Virus record (IMG/VR): IMGVR_UViG_3300002026_000014
Location: 1-64,000 of that record
Origin: a virus
Lineage: Duplodnaviria > Caudoviricetes
Length of the DNA: 64,000 nt
Reading direction: 5' to 3' (one strand)
Under the pieces are notes generated by a model. That model saw only the letters and a list, made by a program, of their open reading frames with translations. It was not told the DNA's origin and did not search any database. Within the stretch, counting starts at the first letter, position 1, and every line of letters begins with the position of its first letter. Made by a program: the position numbers and the translations under genes. Of this stretch, positions 27,917 to 38,290 are shown one piece after another.

Positions 27917-30487
27917 TTAAACAATTAATACGCTAGCAGATAAATCAATTAAATCTCTGCAATATAGTTTTACAACTCTATTTAGAAAAACATATTGTTG
28001 TGCATTTATGCTAACTGTATCATTTAAATGATGAGGGTGAATTCTTATAAAGTCACGATTAGATTCATTATCAACATAAGTGGGATCTAATTTAATTAAT
28101 GATAAATAAGGAGCAATTAAAGTTCTTAATTGATCGTCATTATATTGTGTTTGAAATAACGGACTATCTAAAATACCATGTTTTAAATCAAATAATATCT
28201 TACATATAAAAGGACTAAATACGTTATGATAATCTAATATTGGATTTAATGTTACAGGTTCAACTTCTGGTATTTTAATAGTCAAATAATCAGAAATCTT
28301 TTTGTCAACATCTATTGATAATTTCTTATAGTCGTAAACATCTCTTTTAACAATACTTTTAATGGGTGCTATCGTATCTTTGATGAGATACGGGTAACCG
28401 TTCATTTTATCAAATAAATTAAAATTGGGATTATTTTCGTTAAATTGTAATTCTTCTCTTAAGTAGATACTACCTTTGATAAAAATACTAATGACTTTAT
28501 CATCTCTGATATTGTAAATTTTATTATTTGAAACTACATCGTTTCTTATGAAACCAAATTCATAAGGTTTAGTTTTATTTAATTGTTTATCACACAATCC
28601 GGAAAATCTAATTACTACTTCTTGATCTTTGGTGATAGGATCACCTTTGAAATAATCTTTAGTAGTGATTACTACTCTTGGAAAATCTAAGTAGTAATCT
28701 AAATTTTCTATTAAATAATGTCCGTTTAGGAAAATGTCTAACTCACCCATTGGGATTTGCATTTTACTACTGACATATTCATTGTTTACTTGTTCTACTG
28801 TATTTATATTAAATTCAAATAACCCATCGGTTACCATTGTCTTAAATGTATACAAGTAAAACTTTTTGTTACTTCTGATCATTGTCTCATTTGTATTACC
28901 AATTGCCCATACAGCAGTAGGGCCCTGTATTGAAGGATAGATTGTGTAAAATGAAGTACCAGTGACGTCCATCCAGGTTAATGTGCTTGTATTTGATGCA
29001 GCCTGTTTTACATAAAAACGATAATCGTAGTTTGGGTTAATAACGACACGTGCTTTGTTATGATATTCATCTATCATCGATGCGCCGACACCGTGAAAAA
29101 ACTCCACGTATTTGCATTTTATCGAAACACAATTATAGAGCTCATCACCTGTGTGGATATAGTAACCTAATAATAAACCGTTCTCATCATACTCAAACGC
29201 AGTACTGTCATACTCATAAAAGAAAGGCACTTGAGCAATCAATTGCCCACTAAACATAAATGTTTTTACAGGTGAATCTACTATTAACTTACTAACTGCA
29301 TTATACCCATAAGCATCAGTAATTAAACCGGTGGTTACATTAACATATTTCTCACCCATTAATTTCACATAGGGTGAATTTTCTAAAATTGGTGCTCTCC
29401 AATTATCTACCGTAGAATCTAAACCTAACATTGCTCTATTAACATCGTTATCAGTTAACTTATAGAGTTCTTTAATTCTATTGTGTTCATTTACAAAATT
29501 ACGTAAATAGCCAGCATTTCTTATATGCAGTCTAATGTAAGATTCCGATTTACTTAAAATGGTAGGGTGATTTTCTATATAACTAACTACATGGCTCACT
29601 GGAATAGAATAATCTTTATGAGTTACCATTCTAAATGAATCATCTGTGTTTTTATGATATCTCACACCTTTTTGTTTTACAGAATCTATTACAAATAAAT
29701 CAATATCGTCTCTATAGTCAATAGTTGTACCCATTCCTATATCGGTATAATGTAGAAGATATTTGCCTTTGGTATCTAAAACCGAATCAAATGTAGATAA
29801 TGTATTGATTCTAAAATCAACTATTAATTTAATAGATGAATCAAATACATATTCAACTGAATCACCTACTTTAACAACTGTTGGGTCTAAAGATTTAACT
29901 TTAAAACCATTGCAGTAAGCATATACTCCACCTGTCTCCAGTGACCGGGCAATGAAATTATCATTGATGTTATATATGTCATCCATAGAAGTTATTGTTT
30001 TGCCTTCTACGAATATAGTATTATTTACACTACTTTGAGCTATTTTGTTAAAGTATGCATTTTTATATAATCTGATATAAACATCTTGCGTCACTGGTGA
30101 AAATGGTATATTCTTATTTTCACTTACAGCTATTAAAACATTTCTTTCTTCAGTGATTATATAATAAGTTTCAGTTCTAAGTAATTCGATACCATTATTT
30201 AAATATATATCACATATAACACTATTAAGAATACATACATCCGATAATAAAACCCATGATTCTAATTTAGGAAATAAATTAACTAATAATGGATGCACTT
30301 GTCCAATTTGATATAAGTGATATTTTTGATTCTTTTTAGGTAATGTAAAATGATTCCACATTAATGTCCAACTATTAAATACACCGAAGTTTGGTGAAAT
30401 TCTAGTTGGTTTTAAAATGATTTGATTGTCTTGTTCTGGGCTACACCATACATTTTTTAATGCATGGTCTAATAGAAAATCAGTCAT
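27917..30487 (-). CDS. Conserved phiKZ-like virion structural protein (gp27-like)
   Basis: N-terminal FLLDHALKNVWCSPEQD; 856 aa; synteny. Confidence 0.7.
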   Translation of the reverse strand: MTDFLLDHALKNVWCSPEQDNQIILKPTRISPNFGVFNSWTLMWNHFTLPKKNQKYHLYQIGQVHPLLVNLFPKLESWVLLSDVCILNSVICDIYLNNGIELLRTETYYIITEERNVLIAVSENKNIPFSPVTQDVYIRLYKNAYFNKIAQSSVNNTIFVEGKTITSMDDIYNINDNFIARSLETGGVYAYCNGFKVKSLDPTVVKVGDSVEYVFDSSIKLIVDFRINTLSTFDSVLDTKGKYLLHYTDIGMGTTIDYRDDIDLFVIDSVKQKGVRYHKNTDDSFRMVTHKDYSIPVSHVVSYIENHPTILSKSESYIRLHIRNAGYLRNFVNEHNRIKELYKLTDNDVNRAMLGLDSTVDNWRAPILENSPYVKLMGEKYVNVTTGLITDAYGYNAVSKLIVDSPVKTFMFSGQLIAQVPFFYEYDSTAFEYDENGLLLGYYIHTGDELYNCVSIKCKYVEFFHGVGASMIDEYHNKARVVINPNYDYRFYVKQAASNTSTLTWMDVTGTSFYTIYPSIQGPTAVWAIGNTNETMIRSNKKFYLYTFKTMVTDGLFEFNINTVEQVNNEYVSSKMQIPMGELDIFLNGHYLIENLDYYLDFPRVVITTKDYFKGDPITKDQEVVIRFSGLCDKQLNKTKPYEFGFIRNDVVSNNKIYNIRDDKVISIFIKGSIYLREELQFNENNPNFNLFDKMNGYPYLIKDTIAPIKSIVKRDVYDYKKLSIDVDKKISDYLTIKIPEVEPVTLNPILDYHNVFSPFICKILFDLKHGILDSPLFQTQYNDDQLRTLIAPYLSLIKLDPTYVDNESNRDFIRIHPHHLNDTVSINAQQYVFLNRVVKLYCRDLIDLSASVLIV

Positions 30488-30508
30488 TACGACCCTTTCA
30501 AAAATTAT

Positions 30509-31468
30509 TTATTCATTATTTATATTTTTAAATAACAAATCTTTATCTAAAATGGAATCGATTGATTTTATAAAATTATCACCTATTCCACCTTTTGCAA
30601 ATCTCTCCACTAATTTAGCCAGCACTGATCTTTTAAAAGTGGCCTCATTCAATGACGCGTAACAAATCATAAGCCATGTAGGTATGTGTTCTAAACCGAC
30701 TGCTAAATTTTCACGTGCATTGTTACCGAACCAATTACCACTAACTACTGCTAAAAGCACACCGACATTAAAATCTTCTAGTCTGATGCTTTTTGTTTTC
30801 ATTTTGAAAGCTTCACACATTTCATCTAATGAATTCAGAACTTTCATATCTTCAATGATATCAAACACTTTTGTGGCTGGTATTTTAGTAGCACGAGATA
30901 TATTTGCAGAGATTTTATTTAGATCGCTTTCATTAAAATCTTTATCATCAGTAAATAAACAATAATAATAAAAACATGAAACAACTGCAATGATAATTTG
31001 CTCACCGGTATCTAAGGCATACTTTCTGGAAACACATTCACTTATTAACGCAGCATACGCTGACGCAGGTAACAAGGAGACGTCTCTTAAAATCTCGATT
31101 CTCTCATTTACCCACATATAGTTTAGAGCGGCGCGCATTATATTCCAACTATATTCTGGATCATTGCGTACCATGAATTTTGATTGAGGAGCGTACCATT
31201 TACCAAAATTACGTACATCTACTAAAACACTTAAAGGCTCTTCAGTGTTGTTAAAAACAATGGGATGATTAAAATAAGGAATGACATCTGCAGTAGAGTT
31301 TCCACCTTCAACCAGATTTAATATGAAAGCAGAATCATAATTAGTCAGCTTAACATTCACTGATCTTAAAGAACTATTTAACATAGCTACTTTTAATTTA
31401 TCAGTTGTTTCCTTAATCCTATAGCCCGAGCATGCTGTAGCATCGTAAGCTGTTTTAAATATTGACAT
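30509..31468 (-). CDS. Conserved phiKZ-like virion protein (gp28-like)
   Basis: MSIFKTAYDATAC; WFG.NARENLAVGLEHIPTW; divergent from the sheath gene. Confidence 0.65.
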   Translation of the reverse strand: MSIFKTAYDATACSGYRIKETTDKLKVAMLNSSLRSVNVKLTNYDSAFILNLVEGGNSTADVIPYFNHPIVFNNTEEPLSVLVDVRNFGKWYAPQSKFMVRNDPEYSWNIMRAALNYMWVNERIEILRDVSLLPASAYAALISECVSRKYALDTGEQIIIAVVSCFYYYCLFTDDKDFNESDLNKISANISRATKIPATKVFDIIEDMKVLNSLDEMCEAFKMKTKSIRLEDFNVGVLLAVVSGNWFGNNARENLAVGLEHIPTWLMICYASLNEATFKRSVLAKLVERFAKGGIGDNFIKSIDSILDKDLLFKNINNE

Positions 31469-31666
31469 TTTTTACTCCATTTAAATTAAATTTTCTGACT
31501 TAATGAATATAATGGCACAATTGTATGCCACATGTATAACAGTTCAAATATGATATTTTGCACTTAGGAGTCAGCACATGAAACGCCTTATTTTAAATCT
31601 AATTTAATAGATTAAAAATATTTTTAATAAAACCCCTAGATTACCATTTTTAAGGATTGATTTAAT

Positions 31667-33859
31667 ATGTCACAAAATACTATCGTCAATGCAGCGCCTA
31701 TGACAATTTTGAGAGGTACTCAAGACCTTTCAATCCGTACGCCACTCATTGAACCAGATGTACTTCCAACGCACTTACCTAAAGTGTATATCTACGCGCA
31801 AAAAGGCCCTACATCACCTCAATTGGTGGTAGGTAATTCGCGTAACCAAATGTATGGTGACGACACTTTTGATATGCGCAAACCTTTTGCAACGCATCAA
31901 ACCCAGTTATCAAATGTAATTAATGCAAAAGGTAACGCTCAAATGATTGAGCGTATTCTACCAGATGATGTTTATTTTAAATCTAATTTACTATTGTCTT
32001 TAGATGTGCTCAACACGATGGTGCCTGTTTATACTAGAAATACAGACGGCACTTACATGTTAGATGTTGATGGTTTGAAGATTCCATCAGGCGCTACTGT
32101 TCCAGGTTACATTTGTAAATGGGTGGTCACCACTCCAGAATACAATGATTATAACTCTAATGTTGCGTCACCTGCATTCGCATCAGTCAATACTAAGATT
32201 GGCACTCAAGTGGGTGTGGATCCAGTAACTTCATTAGCAAATACATCTTTACTGTATCCAATTATTCGTTTAGAAGCATCGTCTTTCGGTTCTTACTTTA
32301 ACAATACTGGTATTCGTCTGTGGGCACCAAATTCAGACACAGGTATCAACACCACTGTAATGTCATCATTAGGTGTGTATCCGTTTAGAATTGCAGTGAT
32401 TCGTCGCACTAGTGCTACAAACACGCCTACAATCGTTCCTACTGAGTATAATGAAGGTTCTGTTGACTTTACTTTCAAACCTGGCCAGATTAATCCAGCC
32501 ACAGATGCAGCATATTCATTAGGCGATATATTCTTAGACCGTTATCAAAATCTGAAAGATACGCGTTTCCCTATTAAGTTAGGTGATTTTGGCCGTATGC
32601 ATATCTTCCAAAATAACATCGATCTAATAACAAAACAGTTCTATGATGCTGAAATGGCATTTGGTCAGAATCTAACAGATTTAGCTGCAACAAACACAAA
32701 CAGTTCACTGTTTAACTTTATCAATGGTAAGAATTCAGATGGTGTACCTTATCATTCTTATGTAATGAATAGTGGTGGCGTGAATTTAACTGAAAATACT
32801 AATCTGTTTGCAGGTTTAGGATTTGACGGAACAATGTACGAAGCTCCTGTAACTGGTGCAGCATTAGTTGCATTGAAGAACACAATTGCTACATCTGGTT
32901 CACCATGGACCGATCCAGTTAACATGCCTCCATGTTTTGCTGATTTAGTAGCTGACAGAGTTCTGCAGTACGGAGATCCTAACAGCATGTTTATGGATAC
33001 TGCTACTTATCCAGAATCTATCATTTACGATTCAGGTTTTCCTTTGAAGACTAAATATGCATTATGCAAATTTATTTCAGAAAGAAAAGACACAGCAGTA
33101 GTGTTATCTACTTACGATGTTAACGGTGCGCCTATGACAGCGTCTGAGGAACACTCTGTAGCTGTAGCACTTCGCACACGTTTACAAATGTATCCTGAAA
33201 GCGACTACTTTGGTACATCCACAATGCGTGGCATGATCATTGGTCGCTACGGTGAAATGCGCAATAGTCAATACATTAAGAAATTACCTTTGACACTTGA
33301 AATTGCATCTAAGGCATCAGCAATGATGGGTGCAGGCGATGGTATCTGGAAAACAGAAATGTTGTTTGATCGTGCACCTAACAGTGAAGTCGATATGTTT
33401 GACAACGTGAATGTAACATTCACACCTGCTTCTGTTCGTAACAAAGACTGGGAAGTTGGTCTTAACTGGGTTCAATCATTCTCAAGGAAGAATCTATTCT
33501 TCCCTGCTTTGAAAACCGTTTACGACAATGATACATCAGTACTGAATAGTTTCTTTACAATGATGGCATGTGTGGAATTACAAAAGGTTGGCGAGCAAGC
33601 ATGGAGACAATTCTCTGGCAGTGTGGCTCTTACCAATGGACAACTAATGGATAGAGTCAACACGTTCGTTGAACAACGTACTATTGGTCGTTTTGCTGGA
33701 ATGTACAAGATTGTACCTGCTGCTTACATGACAGATGCAGATTTGATGCGTGGTTTCTCTTGGACGTTACCAATTAAGATTTACGCAAACAATATGAAGA
33801 CAGTCATGACTCTACAGGTCCAAGCTTACAGAATGACCGATTACACTGAAGTTGTTTAA
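31667..33859 (+). CDS. Tail sheath protein (phiKZ gp29-like)
   Basis: NAAPM..LRGTQDLS..PTHLPKVYIYAQKGP; YDSGF; C-terminal FSWTLPIKIYANNMKTV. Confidence 0.88.
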   Translation: MSQNTIVNAAPMTILRGTQDLSIRTPLIEPDVLPTHLPKVYIYAQKGPTSPQLVVGNSRNQMYGDDTFDMRKPFATHQTQLSNVINAKGNAQMIERILPDDVYFKSNLLLSLDVLNTMVPVYTRNTDGTYMLDVDGLKIPSGATVPGYICKWVVTTPEYNDYNSNVASPAFASVNTKIGTQVGVDPVTSLANTSLLYPIIRLEASSFGSYFNNTGIRLWAPNSDTGINTTVMSSLGVYPFRIAVIRRTSATNTPTIVPTEYNEGSVDFTFKPGQINPATDAAYSLGDIFLDRYQNLKDTRFPIKLGDFGRMHIFQNNIDLITKQFYDAEMAFGQNLTDLAATNTNSSLFNFINGKNSDGVPYHSYVMNSGGVNLTENTNLFAGLGFDGTMYEAPVTGAALVALKNTIATSGSPWTDPVNMPPCFADLVADRVLQYGDPNSMFMDTATYPESIIYDSGFPLKTKYALCKFISERKDTAVVLSTYDVNGAPMTASEEHSVAVALRTRLQMYPESDYFGTSTMRGMIIGRYGEMRNSQYIKKLPLTLEIASKASAMMGAGDGIWKTEMLFDRAPNSEVDMFDNVNVTFTPASVRNKDWEVGLNWVQSFSRKNLFFPALKTVYDNDTSVLNSFFTMMACVELQKVGEQAWRQFSGSVALTNGQLMDRVNTFVEQRTIGRFAGMYKIVPAAYMTDADLMRGFSWTLPIKIYANNMKTVMTLQVQAYRMTDYTEVV

Positions 33860-33879
33860 ATAAAATTAAACTAAACAGA

Positions 33880-33911
33880 TATACGTGCACTTAAATTTAA
33901 GTGCACGTATA
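33880..33911. repeat. 32-bp perfect palindrome between sheath and tube genes
   Basis: tatacgtgcacttaaa|tttaagtgcacgtata. Confidence 0.95.
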
Positions 33912-33940
33912 AAACCATTTTATAGAAAAGAGAATTAATT

Positions 33941-34810
33941 ATGTCTAGACTTGCTGAAGCAATTTTATCAGGTGCTTACTCGAAAGGTCGAGCACCTATG
34001 ACTGACCTGCAATATGGTGGTCAAAATGGTTATGCGCCTAATTTAGCAGAATGGGTGAGTAACACGCATTATGTTCGTCGTAACTTAGTGTGCATTCTTA
34101 TCGAAGCACCAAAAGGTTTTCAGTTACTAAAAGAACCTAATTTCTGGGTTAATGCACTGAAAGCTATGGTTGAAGTTCATGCAAAATCTATTGATGGTTT
34201 TGCACAAGGCTTGGAAGTTGAAGTTCAAGAAACTGCAGTTTCTGGTGGTGGCGAGATGATGCAAGATTATTCGAACATTACACGTGCTCGCACTAATCCT
34301 TCATTTGCGTTTGTGGACATGTATGGTCGTCCAATTCAGAACTTCTTACATGACTGGATTATCAATTTGATTGGTGACCCTGATAGTAAGATCCCTGCAA
34401 TCAGTACAATGGAAGGCGTTAAGCCTAAGGATCTATTAGCTGATATGTATTCTGCTACAATGTTATTCTTCGAACCAGATCCAACACATACTAAAGTAGC
34501 TAAAGCATGGCTCACTACTAACATGTATCCAAAGGGCACTGGCGAGATCACTGGTAAGCGTGATTTGACAGTTGCAGGCGAACTATCTGAACTCACAGTT
34601 GAGTTTACTGGTTTATCACAAAGTGGTTTAGGTGTTATTAGTTTTGCCCAGGCACTACTTGATAAGATCAACATCACTAACGCTAATCCGTTTGCACGTA
34701 CAGCATTTGTTCAGAAAATTGATTCCGACGTGGCTAACACTGGCGTTAAAGAATCTTCTGGCTACAAAGAAGGCGCTGAAACTCTAGGTAAACAAGCTCT
34801 TAGAGTTTAA
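33941..34810 (+). CDS. Tail tube protein (phiKZ gp30-like)
   Basis: DLQYGGQNGYAPNLAEWVSNTHYVRRNL; YSATMLFFEPDP; follows the sheath gene. Confidence 0.88.
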   Translation: MSRLAEAILSGAYSKGRAPMTDLQYGGQNGYAPNLAEWVSNTHYVRRNLVCILIEAPKGFQLLKEPNFWVNALKAMVEVHAKSIDGFAQGLEVEVQETAVSGGGEMMQDYSNITRARTNPSFAFVDMYGRPIQNFLHDWIINLIGDPDSKIPAISTMEGVKPKDLLADMYSATMLFFEPDPTHTKVAKAWLTTNMYPKGTGEITGKRDLTVAGELSELTVEFTGLSQSGLGVISFAQALLDKINITNANPFARTAFVQKIDSDVANTGVKESSGYKEGAETLGKQALRV

Positions 34811-34823
34811 TAAAAACTAAACA

Positions 34824-34861
34824 AATATTAGCCTCTACTTGGAAAAGTAGAGGCTAATATT
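34824..34861. terminator. 17-bp stem hairpin after the tube gene
   Basis: aatattagcctctactt-ggaa-aagtagaggctaatatt. Confidence 0.8.
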
Positions 34862-34888
34862 CTGTAATTTTATTATTAGGAGATTATC

Positions 34889-35851
34889 ATAGATAAAACT
34901 ATATTTGTCAGTGTGGCATCTTACAATGACCCATTACTGTTTTTTACAATTAATGAAATTATAACTAAAGCAAGAAACCCTGGAAATATTATTGTTGCAG
35001 TTATAGATCAAAACTATCACGATCAAAGAAGTAAAATAAACAAGTTAGAGTATTCTAAACAAATACGCTACATGTATGTAAACCTCATAGATACTTTAGG
35101 TGTTAGTTGGGCTAGAAATTTAGCATTTTCATTATACGATGACGAAACTTATTTTTTACAAATAGATGCACATACTGCATTTGATTCAGATTGGGACATT
35201 GAATTAATCAACCAACATACCGAATTATTAGAGTTATCTAAAAAACCAATAATTTCCAGTTTTCCAAATGATTTTGATATTATAAATGGCGAACCTGTTT
35301 GTAAAAGAGATTTAAGTAGAAGTGTTGCTATAGTAACTAGACCTATACCTGAACAAAAATTAAAAATAAATAATCCAATTCTTTTAATTAGCGGTCAATT
35401 GGTTCGCTCTAAAACTTCTAAATTAGCCTGTCATATAGCTGGTGGATTTGTTTTTTGCAGTGGAAAATATATAGAAGAATTACCGTACGATCCATACATG
35501 TATTTTTCAGGTGAAGAACAAAGCATTGCTGCTAGAGCTTACACACATGGCTGGGATATATACCACACTGTTTATACACCGATTTATCATAAATACAAAG
35601 TCAATAGTGCTAAATATTCAAGTCAACATTGGTATGGCGATTTTAAAGACAATAGATCAATTACATATGAGAGATTATTATCGAGGTCTAGAAAAAGATT
35701 AACTAGATTGTTATATGGTGACGGAATGCCCGACAGTGTATATGGTTTAGGTAAAGTCCGTACACTGGAAGATTTTGCATCAATGTGCGGAATTAACTAT
35801 AAAAAAAGAACAATTACTGGCGTGTTCATAGGTGACCACATGGGTTTATGA
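34889..35851 (+). CDS. GT60-family (Gnt1/GlcNAc-type) glycosyltransferase; probable non-AUG start near 34889
   Basis: TIFVSVASYNDP, GVSWARN, YFLQIDAH..FDSDWD, IAGGFVF, PYDPYMYFSGEE..AARAYTHGWDIY; AGGAG at 34878-34882, in-frame TAG at 34877. Confidence 0.85.
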   Translation: MDKTIFVSVASYNDPLLFFTINEIITKARNPGNIIVAVIDQNYHDQRSKINKLEYSKQIRYMYVNLIDTLGVSWARNLAFSLYDDETYFLQIDAHTAFDSDWDIELINQHTELLELSKKPIISSFPNDFDIINGEPVCKRDLSRSVAIVTRPIPEQKLKINNPILLISGQLVRSKTSKLACHIAGGFVFCSGKYIEELPYDPYMYFSGEEQSIAARAYTHGWDIYHTVYTPIYHKYKVNSAKYSSQHWYGDFKDNRSITYERLLSRSRKRLTRLLYGDGMPDSVYGLGKVRTLEDFASMCGINYKKRTITGVFIGDHMGL

Positions 35852-35911
35852 TATGATTATATTAGTAAGATAATATAACAAATCTACATCAACCTTTTAA
35901 CATATCTCATC

Positions 35912-36289
35912 ATGACTAACATCTGCTATCATTTAGCACCAAATTTCCACTGCGCTCTAGAGAACATAGTGGAAAATAACATACTTGATAAAATAATAGT
36001 TAAAGTCTCCAACGCTTGTGTTACTCTTTATTATGCTATTAAGACAGAAATAAAAGATGCTCATCGAAGAGTTATGAAAAAGAATCATACTGAGACACTA
36101 GTTAGCAATGTAGTAAATGATATAACTTTTGTTACCGCTACTTTTGGGTTTGATCATGCTTTGATTTTCATGCATTCAGTTTTTAGTAAAATTAATTGTT
36201 TTACATTAGAGGTTAGTAAAAGTATGAATTTTTATGAAGTCATTAATACATTATTGGATAGTACATCACAAAAAAATGTAAGCGCATAA
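35912..36289 (+). CDS. Hypothetical protein
   Basis: 125-aa ORF with no recognised motif. Confidence 0.45.
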   Translation: MTNICYHLAPNFHCALENIVENNILDKIIVKVSNACVTLYYAIKTEIKDAHRRVMKKNHTETLVSNVVNDITFVTATFGFDHALIFMHSVFSKINCFTLEVSKSMNFYEVINTLLDSTSQKNVSA

Positions 36290-36290
36290 A

Positions 36291-36334
36291 TGTATTAGTA
36301 CCGTAGACCAATTAAGGTTTACGGTACTAATACA
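36291..36334. terminator. 19-bp stem (one G-T pair) between convergent genes
   Basis: tgtattagtaccgtagacc-aattaa-ggtttacggtactaataca. Confidence 0.8.
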
Positions 36335-36351
36335 CTATTATGCTGTAATTA

Positions 36352-36816
36352 TTATTTACAAAGCGCTTCTAGGGCCATAGATGAAATTTTATCACGCATG
36401 GCACTCATCTCACCACGATTAGTTTTGGCGGCTTGTGTGACCAATTGCGCCTCTACTTGACCCCATTTTACAACAGGTGTAGTCTCGTCCTGGGGATTAC
36501 GATAAGTACGTGAACGGTTAATGGTAACATCGAAATGATCTTTACCAATCATCGGGATTTCAAATGTAACTTGATCGAGTCCTTTATCTTTCTTCATTGC
36601 CTCTACTGCAACTACACTTGCAGCGTGCATCGCGGCTGGATAGAATAATTTATTATGGTTACTAAACTCTTCACCTAGCTCCACAGAAAGATTACCTTCA
36701 AGAGTTTTTGTATAAACATCTTTATTCACGTCTGGTTTTCCTTCAGAGTCAACTTTGAAGTCACTCACCAGTTTATCAGAAAGAGCCAATACGTCATCGT
36801 GTTTTTCAGTAGCCAT
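36352..36816 (-). CDS. Hypothetical phiKZ-like protein
   Basis: 154 aa; AAGGA before ATG. Confidence 0.7.
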   Translation of the reverse strand: MATEKHDDVLALSDKLVSDFKVDSEGKPDVNKDVYTKTLEGNLSVELGEEFSNHNKLFYPAAMHAASVVAVEAMKKDKGLDQVTFEIPMIGKDHFDVTINRSRTYRNPQDETTPVVKWGQVEAQLVTQAAKTNRGEMSAMRDKISSMALEALCK

Positions 36817-36893
36817 TTTTATTTCCTTTTAAATCGATTAGAGAAGTTTAACCTAATGGAGAACAACTGCTTAGGTCAGTACAGTATGAGAAA

Positions 36894-37241
36894 TCAATAG
36901 CTGTCACCATATGACCTAGTTTGCCTAGTGTTCTCAGCATTCCATTTTTGCTGAAACGTCATACCAGTATTGTTAGAATTAACCGGTGCTTCAATTTTAC
37001 ATTTTTTCAGAACAAATTTATTGATACAAAGTATGTTGAAATCTTCTTGTTCGGGATCAATACTGCCTTGGAGAAGATGATACATGCCATCTAATTTAAT
37101 AGCTGTCAGTTTTTTATCTTTTCTAATACCGTCTATAACAACAATTGAGTTTTTATTAACAACCTCAATGTGACCCGAACTGCAAAGTTTTTCTAAACTA
37201 TCGCAGTTATATTTATCCCCACGAAAACTAAAAGTAGCCAA
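36894..37241 (-). CDS. Hypothetical protein
   Basis: 115 aa; TTG start after AAGGA. Confidence 0.6.
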   Translation of the reverse strand: MATFSFRGDKYNCDSLEKLCSSGHIEVVNKNSIVVIDGIRKDKKLTAIKLDGMYHLLQGSIDPEQEDFNILCINKFVLKKCKIEAPVNSNNTGMTFQQKWNAENTRQTRSYGDSY

Positions 37242-37340
37242 GCTAAATCCTTTATAAAAGTATTAATGAAACGCATGTTTGGAATGCATTCAATATTACA
37301 TGGTTGATTATTTTTTAATCTACATGTATATCTATGTATA

Positions 37341-37370
37341 TCCATATTAGTAATATGTGATTATTTTAAT
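37341..37370 (-). promoter_or_regulatory. Candidate phiKZ-type early promoter
   Basis: Minus strand aataatcacatattactaatatgga; CATATTAC is one mismatch from the TATATTAC early consensus. Confidence 0.3.
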
Positions 37371-37448
37371 TTAGAATCAAAAAAAAAATAATGTTTTATG
37401 CATTTCACAGCACACGTATGTGCTGTGAAATGATATTTATTATTTTTA

Positions 37449-38243
37449 TTACTCGGTTTCTTTACCGCCGAGGTATGTGTAAGCCGCGTACCCAACCAAA
37501 CCAACGGCAACTGCACCACCACCCCACAGCGTTACTTGTCCCCAAGTGGAGTCGAAGAAAGATTCCTCTTTCTTATTAGCTGTCACGAGTTGGTTTTTGC
37601 TTTGTTGCAACTCTGCAAGAATGCTGCTGTTGCGGGTGTCAGATACCTTAATAGCTTCCGCATTCTTGAGGATCTCTCCACGAAGTTCTGCAGCAGCAGC
37701 TTTTGCTTCAGCTGCAGCTTCTACTGCTTTGCTTGCAGCTTTCGAAGCATCTTCAGCACTATTCGTCGCTCGGTTCGCAGCTGCATCCAAGGATGCACTG
37801 GCTTTATCGAGACCATCCATCCTCGACATCATTGCGTTAAACATGTCCTTTACGGACATTTCGGTTGCGGTTTCGTTTGCCATACTAGGCTCCTTTTGTT
37901 GAGTTGAATAAACAGGTAACTTCACTAACACTTCTGTTTTCAACGTTACCGTATTGAAAACTGCCGAGAACATGAATCCGTCTTTTGCAGCGGCTTCCCG
38001 CAGCTTTAAGATTGTTGCGTTGTCCTCCGCTACTACTTCAAACAACAATGAAATTTCATTATCGTCTACAGTGACCGTGACAGGGGAATTAATACCCAAA
38101 ATAACTTCGAGATCGACAATTACTTGTTTATCTGACTCAGTTAAATTGATATTTTTTGCCATAAGTAAGCTGATAACTTCTAAAAGCTCACTTGTGAATT
38201 TGACTGCTTCCATAGTTAATCCTTGGATTACTAACTTAGTCAT
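37449..38243 (-). CDS. Coiled-coil protein with C-terminal membrane anchor; strong internal start at 37883
   Basis: C-terminal WGQVTLWGGGAVAVGLVGYAAYTYL helix; AAGGAG 6 nt before M121; AAGGA before M11. Confidence 0.65.
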   Translation of the reverse strand: MTKLVIQGLTMEAVKFTSELLEVISLLMAKNINLTESDKQVIVDLEVILGINSPVTVTVDDNEISLLFEVVAEDNATILKLREAAAKDGFMFSAVFNTVTLKTEVLVKLPVYSTQQKEPSMANETATEMSVKDMFNAMMSRMDGLDKASASLDAAANRATNSAEDASKAASKAVEAAAEAKAAAAELRGEILKNAEAIKVSDTRNSSILAELQQSKNQLVTANKKEESFFDSTWGQVTLWGGGAVAVGLVGYAAYTYLGGKETE

Positions 38244-38290
38244 TTAAAAGGAATGACATATAACCTAAAAGCAAGAGTATTAACTACTCT

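Noticed and set aside
37391-38247. Plus-strand ORFs overlapping 37449..38243
   Set aside because: Antisense shadows with low-complexity products and no RBS
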